Shown here: piece after piece, positions 6,495 through 11,708 of the stretch | Numbering within the stretch: position 1 is the first letter of the stretch | Layout: each line of letters starts with the position of its first letter | Virus genome (UHGV): UHGV-0100572 | DNA: 11,708 bases | Reading direction: 5' to 3' (one strand) | Source: a virus | Translations under genes and position numbers: made by a program | The notes under the pieces: model-generated | Told to the model about the DNA's origin: nothing | The model's database searches: none | The model's input: the letters and a program-made list of their open reading frames with translations, nothing else

Positions 6495-8603
6495 TTACTC
6501 CCGCTCCATTCCGCTTAGCGATGCCACAATCCCACCCCTCGCTAAGCGCTGAAACTCTTCGTTTCCGACGGTATCACGTATCGCTTTTACAGCAGCTTTA
6601 TTTGCCATAAATCTGCGTTCAGCCGCCGCTAATGCACCATCACTTGCCCCAACCTTAACTGCCTTTGTTGCCTCTTGAACAGCCTTTTCAATAGCGTAAC
6701 GACCACTGCGGGATGCAGCTAACTTTTCTATCGTCCCTTTAGCTATAGATCCAGAAACAGCCCCCACAACACCGCCAACAATCCCTCCACCAGTGGTACC
6801 AACAATAGCCCCTGATGTTGAATTGCCTATTGCATTGAGAACTGTCATGACAGCTTTTGGCAGTCCTTGCTCAAGAGAGTTAATTGCCGGTATAGAGCGC
6901 CCCGTATGCTCTACATATCGCAGTGGTCTGGTTGCTGCTCTGGCAAGGTCGCTGTATGCCCTAGCAATCTTACCCATTTCTGGCGAGTGCTTGCTAATGG
7001 CAGTAATATTCTGCGGCGTAAGGATCGACGCTATATGGAATACGCCAGCAGACTCTGATTTACCGCCACGCACCCCTTGCGATACCGCATCTTGTAATAT
7101 TGATGCAATTGCTGGAGATCGCTCAGACTCTGGCAGTGCGCCAATAATCTGATGAAACTTTCCTGTCCCACTTTTTGATGAATTTTGCAAGGCTTTAATA
7201 CCATCAGTGACTAACTGATCAGTTGCAAGGTTTCTAAACGCTGCTTCAGCCTGTTCTTGTGCTGTAAATCTTGCTTTTGACAGATCATTAGCTTTTTGCC
7301 AGTCATCAAGAAAACCGCCATTTTGAGCCATTATGCGCATATCTTCCGTTGCTGCATCACGAAGCTCCGCCATGCGCCTTGCCGTATTTGCCTCACCAGA
7401 CCTTATATACTTCTGCTCAGCGTCAGCAAGTTTACTTCGCCATGCCTTCATGGCATCAAACGTGATTCCTTTTTTACCAGTTTTAGCATAAGCCGATGCA
7501 AATTGTTTCATCTCAGGAGTTAGCGGCATACCAGCCAAAATATCACCCTGAATTGTAGCGTTCAGGTTTGACATTCTGGCCTTTGCGTCAGGCATCGTGG
7601 AGCGTACGCTATCCCATGCTGCCTTTTCTGAGTTCTTCATTTTATCAATACTTGCTAAAACCCTTTGTTTTATGGCTGCACTTTTTTCTGATGCAGATCC
7701 AGCCTCAGCACCAAGTTCATCAAGTGCTGAGTGGAATTTCGACTGTATTTCACTAAAAGCCCTAGTATGTGCATCCTGAACAATTCCTGGTTCGGATGCC
7801 AATATCCCTTCGGCTTGTGCAATTCCACGACTTCCAGATCGCATTCCTGGTGTTAATGCGTTTATATCAATTCCAGCAGACTCAGCCGCTTTTGCTACAT
7901 CTTCGGACACATTAGCGGCCTGACTGGCAATTGACTGACGCCCAGCACCTGACTTTGCCATCCTGGAAACATCATTAGCAGAATTCAGTGCTGCACCACC
8001 AAGAGCCTGTGAAACCCTTGGCGCAATAACGCGCCCGACACCTGAAAGAACGCCTTGAGCACCAATATTGATACCACCGTTAATGGCAGCATTTTGTGCA
8101 AAGTCGCCCTCCTGATTTGCAGCATCAGCAAGAGAACCTGCAATCATGTTTCCTGCGGAACCGATATCTCCAACGAGCTTTGCTGGCGCTCCAGCAGCTT
8201 TTGCCGCTGTGCCAATTGGCAGGAGATACCCACCAATTGTTTCACCGGCTTGCGCGTAAGGGTCTGTCGGTCGATCGACGGGGCGATAAACATCATCCAA
8301 AACCTTGGGGCCACCAAGCCCCTGGCTGATTGCATTAATCAGACTTGCGCCACCCTGCAATACGTCAAATGGTATGTTTACCAGACCACGACCAGCCTGT
8401 TCTGCAATTTGCCCTGCACTTTGACCACCAGTGAGCCAGTCAGTAGCTTTTCCTACCAGAGATTGTTCGTCTGGCTGCGATTGGTTTTGAGTGGATTGAT
8501 CACCAGAAGACAGCATCTGAGCAATGCGACGTGCTCCCTCAGTATCGCCAGCAGCATCAGCATTCCTTAACGCCGTCATCAACTGTTCGCGACTATAGGC
8601 CAT
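6495..8603 (-). CDS. 16: Ejection (DNA transfer) protein, P22 gp16 family
   Basis: 702 aa, [29 protein letters not shown]..., Gly/Ala-rich as in P22 gp16. ATG 8603-8601 overlaps the upstream stop as TAATG. Last gene of the gp7-gp20-gp16 order. Confidence 0.85.
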   Translation of the reverse strand: MAYSREQLMTALRNADAAGDTEGARRIAQMLSSGDQSTQNQSQPDEQSLVGKATDWLTGGQSAGQIAEQAGRGLVNIPFDVLQGGASLINAISQGLGGPKVLDDVYRPVDRPTDPYAQAGETIGGYLLPIGTAAKAAGAPAKLVGDIGSAGNMIAGSLADAANQEGDFAQNAAINGGINIGAQGVLSGVGRVIAPRVSQALGGAALNSANDVSRMAKSGAGRQSIASQAANVSEDVAKAAESAGIDINALTPGMRSGSRGIAQAEGILASEPGIVQDAHTRAFSEIQSKFHSALDELGAEAGSASEKSAAIKQRVLASIDKMKNSEKAAWDSVRSTMPDAKARMSNLNATIQGDILAGMPLTPEMKQFASAYAKTGKKGITFDAMKAWRSKLADAEQKYIRSGEANTARRMAELRDAATEDMRIMAQNGGFLDDWQKANDLSKARFTAQEQAEAAFRNLATDQLVTDGIKALQNSSKSGTGKFHQIIGALPESERSPAIASILQDAVSQGVRGGKSESAGVFHIASILTPQNITAISKHSPEMGKIARAYSDLARAATRPLRYVEHTGRSIPAINSLEQGLPKAVMTVLNAIGNSTSGAIVGTTGGGIVGGVVGAVSGSIAKGTIEKLAASRSGRYAIEKAVQEATKAVKVGASDGALAAAERRFMANKAAVKAIRDTVGNEEFQRLARGGIVASLSGMERE

Positions 8604-9859
8604 TACTGCCCTCCGAGATATTTATTAATCAGATCGTCATCAGAAAGCTGCTGTTGCGGTGGCTGATATCCAGATGCTGATAACTTAGCATCAAGCTTCG
8701 ATGCAATCGCGTTAAGGCGTTTTTTTACTCCCTCTGTGCTTCCTTTGATGCCGTTTTCTGTGATGTTAAGTCCTGATGCAATATTTCCAAGAAAAGTAAT
8801 ATCGCGATCAGTTAAAACACCACTCATTAACTTCAGATTATCCTGTGTTAATAGCGACTGAAGCCTGCTTGCCTTGTTTATCAAATCTTGACTTGAATCC
8901 TGAAACGTTGGAATTCTTGAAGAAATCGAACCTGTAATATTTCCAAGGCTATCATCAGAGGCTATTTCTCTCGCAAGAGTAGCCGCCTCAGCCGCATAAC
9001 CCAGCGACATTTGTTTTTGTTGCTGGACATCTTGCTGCTTCTGCTGATTTTCCTGAAGCTTCATGTTTAGGTTACTGATTTCAGCTTCTGTTTTAGCTTG
9101 ATCTAAGCGATTTGAGATAACTTTTTGCTGGAGAAGAAGTTTTTGCAACTCTCTGTCAGCGGCAGAATTAGCCGCGCTAATATTCTGCCCTCTAATCGCT
9201 CTCGCATTCGTCATGTCATTATTGCGAATGGTTTCGTTAATCTTTTGCTGCTCCTGCTGACGACCAATCATCTTATCCTGATAATCCAGCATTTTATCCG
9301 GGCCAACAGCCCCTAGCGTCATAGTGGTCAGCATGTGTGATAGCTGCTCGGGATTCTGGATACCTGTCTGAATCATCCAGTCAGCATTAGCACCCACGCG
9401 ATTTAACCTGTCCTTGTTGTCAGTAATGAATTTACTGTAGGCTTCCGGTCCCTGAGAAAGAGCGACGTTAGCCCTCATGGCTAAATCGCCCATATCGTTG
9501 CGTTGCTGCTCATTAAGACCGGAAAACGCCTGTTGTGCCTGCGCAACAAACGCTGGATTTTCCTTGGCAAACTTAAATAGTCCCGATGGATCACCAGAAG
9601 CCCATGCATCAGCATGAACCTTATTGAACGCATTAATCGCTTTCTGTTGCTGTTCCTGCTTATAAATATCAGCAACTCCAGCCAGACCACGTAACGCGGT
9701 CAGACCAACGTTATTTGCACCTGAGCGAGCCAACTCATTGTTTTCGCGAATCAGACCAAGCGTTGCGTTAATGTCGCTTGCCTTTGGTGCATTCTCATTT
9801 TGCGTACCAATGCCAGCCAGAAAACCGCCAGAATTAATACCCTGTTGCCACGTAGCCAT
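8603..9859 (-). CDS. 20: Ejection protein, P22 gp20 family
   Basis: 418 aa, ATG at 9859-9857 with AAGGG Shine-Dalgarno 7 nt upstream. Lies between the gp7 and gp16 homologues as in the P22 late operon. Gln-rich coiled-coil-like central region. Confidence 0.8.
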   Translation of the reverse strand: MATWQQGINSGGFLAGIGTQNENAPKASDINATLGLIRENNELARSGANNVGLTALRGLAGVADIYKQEQQQKAINAFNKVHADAWASGDPSGLFKFAKENPAFVAQAQQAFSGLNEQQRNDMGDLAMRANVALSQGPEAYSKFITDNKDRLNRVGANADWMIQTGIQNPEQLSHMLTTMTLGAVGPDKMLDYQDKMIGRQQEQQKINETIRNNDMTNARAIRGQNISAANSAADRELQKLLLQQKVISNRLDQAKTEAEISNLNMKLQENQQKQQDVQQQKQMSLGYAAEAATLAREIASDDSLGNITGSISSRIPTFQDSSQDLINKASRLQSLLTQDNLKLMSGVLTDRDITFLGNIASGLNITENGIKGSTEGVKKRLNAIASKLDAKLSASGYQPPQQQLSDDDLINKYLGGQ

Positions 9860-9869
9860 TGATTAACCC

Positions 9870-10562
9870 TTAAAACAGTGAACCAAGCAGACCAAGACCA
9901 GCACCAATACCAGCCCCCCACGGAGTTGATAGCTCGAGAGCACTGGCTATGCCACCACCCAAAAGCGCACCGGATGCAGCACCACTAACACCCTGCTGCA
10001 ATGCTGACGGTCGGTTGGCGTTTGCCGCCGCCAGTGCTGCGCTTTGCTGCGAAATCTGACTCATGTTGTTGGCATATGTTTGCCCGGCGTTTGCCTGTCC
10101 CTGAAGAGCGCCAAGACCGATATTTGCCAGGTTGTTGTAATTGTTCATTTGTCCAGATAGCCATTGCTGACCAAGCGTTGGTGCGATTGTTGCTAACTGA
10201 TTACCGGTTGCAGTGGAACCCAATCCACCTGTTGCTTCCGCTGCCGCCAGACTCTGATAGCGAGCCTGACCAGCAAGATCTTTGTACTGCTGAGAGTTGT
10301 AATACTGGTTAAGCGCCTGACCTTGCCCTTCCAGAGACGATAAGTTCTCGAGGCTGCCGAGATACTTATCAGCCAGAGGAGTAAACGGCTTCAGGTTGTT
10401 CATGATGGTGTTGAACTGCTTATTCTGCAGGTCTGCGGCATACTTCTGAGCTTCTGCGGCATACTTTGCGCTTTTATCAGAGCTGCCACCTTTCCCGCCT
10501 TTTTCAGGGCAATAAGGTTCCTCGCCGCGCAGTTTTCTGCCCAGCTTAAATGCATATAACAT
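9870..10562 (-). CDS. 7: Ejection protein, P22 gp7 family
   Basis: 230 aa, MLYAFKLGRKLRGEEPYCPEKGGKGGS..., matching the P22 gp7 N-terminus as recalled (P22 gp7 is 229 aa). Gly/Ala-rich C-terminus. Confidence 0.85.
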   Translation of the reverse strand: MLYAFKLGRKLRGEEPYCPEKGGKGGSSDKSAKYAAEAQKYAADLQNKQFNTIMNNLKPFTPLADKYLGSLENLSSLEGQGQALNQYYNSQQYKDLAGQARYQSLAAAEATGGLGSTATGNQLATIAPTLGQQWLSGQMNNYNNLANIGLGALQGQANAGQTYANNMSQISQQSAALAAANANRPSALQQGVSGAASGALLGGGIASALELSTPWGAGIGAGLGLLGSLF

Positions 10563-10564
10563 GG

Positions 10565-11020
10565 CTATCTCCCGTGATTCAGGAAGTCGATTAGTTCTTC
10601 GCGTGTGGCGCTGTAAAAAGTCACGTCATCCACGCCTTTGAAGTATTTCTTGATGGTTCCTACACGCTTAAGGCCAATCATTGCGCAGTACATCTGACCG
10701 TGGCGGAATTTGCGTGCGGCGAACGATGTGACGCACTGAACGGTGGTGTTAGTCAGAATGTATCGCCAGAACGCCAGCCCGATTTCCTTGCTGAAGCCGC
10801 GAATCTCTGGCAGGTACATGGCGTGGCAATCGAATGTCAGCGGCTGAATCTCCTGATAGTAAACAATTCCGCCGAACTGCCCGTGCACGTTCACCTCAAA
10901 GTAACGGCATTCAGGTTTGTAGTCGTATCCATCACCGTTGTTGCTCCCGGCAATAATGTCAGGGTGATTTCCTACTGCTTCTATCAGGTCGATGTTTCGC
11001 GTTGGTTTGAATGTAATCAT
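10565..11020 (-). CDS. 14: P22 gp14-family virion assembly/ejection-associated protein
   Basis: 151 aa. Its position between the tail needle gene and the gp7 gene matches P22 order 26-14-7-20-16. ATG 11020-11018 overlaps the gp26 stop as TAATG. Confidence 0.75.
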   Translation of the reverse strand: MITFKPTRNIDLIEAVGNHPDIIAGSNNGDGYDYKPECRYFEVNVHGQFGGIVYYQEIQPLTFDCHAMYLPEIRGFSKEIGLAFWRYILTNTTVQCVTSFAARKFRHGQMYCAMIGLKRVGTIKKYFKGVDDVTFYSATREELIDFLNHGR

Positions 11021-11658
11021 TAATCAATCAACCCATGTGCACGCAAGGCGTCTTCCAAAGCCTTAGTGCGCCGACGCTCAGCAATTAGAGCATTGGCTAT
11101 AGCCTGGATTTCAGATTGCGTGTAAGTATCGCTAACGGTGAATGTCAGATCAGCATTGAATACGCCTTTATTCGCCGTGCCTGTTGCCGCGGTCCATCCA
11201 GTCTGGCGAGCGCCAACAACTTTTGTACCGTTAACAGAATAACTTCCTGATACGTTAAGGGATGAGGCAAGAGTTTGAGTTCCTGCTCTGCTGAGTGAAA
11301 CATAATCAACGATTATCTCTGATACCTTACCGTCGATATCCTGAACTTTTATTTTCAGACCATTAACATCATTCTCTATTTCAAGAAGCTTTACTTTTAT
11401 TCCTGAAATATCCTCTTCTGTTTTTGCAATTCTTTTTTCGTGCTCATCAAGAATTACATCCTGCTCATCATTTCTGACCTGCGCATCATAAGCACCGCCT
11501 CCTGCCTGATTTGCCTTTTCTGCAATGGAGCCAACATCAGTACCCTGATTTATGACATACAGAAGGTAAGACTGACTGAATATGTTGCGAGGGAGAATAG
11601 ATGCATCAATGCGTGTAGCCTGAACCACGACAGGCTTATTAAGTGATGAATCCGCCAT
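11020..11658 (-). CDS. 26: Tail needle protein, P22 gp26 family
   Basis: 212 aa. N-terminus [43 protein letters not shown] and C-terminus [21 protein letters not shown]...[33 protein letters not shown] closely match P22 gp26 as recalled. The central heptad-repeat region is shorter. Confidence 0.9.
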   Translation of the reverse strand: MADSSLNKPVVVQATRIDASILPRNIFSQSYLLYVINQGTDVGSIAEKANQAGGGAYDAQVRNDEQDVILDEHEKRIAKTEEDISGIKVKLLEIENDVNGLKIKVQDIDGKVSEIIVDYVSLSRAGTQTLASSLNVSGSYSVNGTKVVGARQTGWTAATGTANKGVFNADLTFTVSDTYTQSEIQAIANALIAERRRTKALEDALRAHGLID

Positions 11659-11708
11659 TACTCAATCCTTATCTGAGCACCAGACAGAGTTACAGGTGAC
11701 TTCGTGAT
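11658..11708 (-). CDS. 3' end of the preceding late gene (P22 gp10 position, head completion protein); 5' end outside the window
   Basis: Minus-strand frame from the window edge reads [16 protein letters not shown] then TAA (11660-11658), overlapping the gp26 ATG as TAATG. Identity is inferred from P22 gene order only. Confidence 0.45.
   Translation of the reverse strand: MTKSPVTLSGAQIRIE

Noticed and set aside
6793-10312. Nine short ORFs nested in or antisense to the gp16, gp20 and gp7 genes, most on the plus strand (for example 6793-7152, 8055-8570, 10001-10312)
   Set aside because: Embedded in long, syntenic late-operon reading frames whose gene order matches P22. Cys/Arg-rich translations are typical of frame artefacts in Ala/Gly-rich genes.
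10700-11646. Plus-strand ORFs antisense to the gp14 and gp26 genes (10700-11023, 11440-11646)
   Set aside because: Same reasoning: they overlap genes with strong positional and sequence support and have no start context of their own.

Overview
This window is the right-hand end of a P22-like (Lederbergvirus-type) temperate podovirus genome or prophage from an enterobacterial host, read in reverse orientation. On the minus strand it carries the end of the late operon: a 3' fragment of the preceding gene, tail needle gp26, gp14, the ejection proteins gp7, gp20 and gp16, then the immI genes arc and ant, and the tailspike. The immI control region is recognisable at base level, with the Mnt and Arc operators, Pant, and mnt divergent on the plus strand. 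The window opens with the 3' end of a tyrosine integrase gene converging on the tailspike. The most interesting part is an AT-rich three-gene plus-strand cassette (4662-6470) between mnt and the gp16 gene, roughly where P22 carries sieA. It encodes a 239-aa protein I cannot place, an overlapping PIN-domain nuclease, and a third unknown protein flanked by CATCCGTG repeats. I read it as a candidate, uncharacterised defence or superinfection-exclusion module. Other points of note are a small CxxC protein inserted between arc and ant, a likely sar-type antisense RNA, and a chimeric tailspike with a C-terminal auto-cleaving chaperone domain. No tRNA, rRNA or CRISPR array was seen. All homology statements rest on my recall of P22 proteins and motifs, not on a database search.
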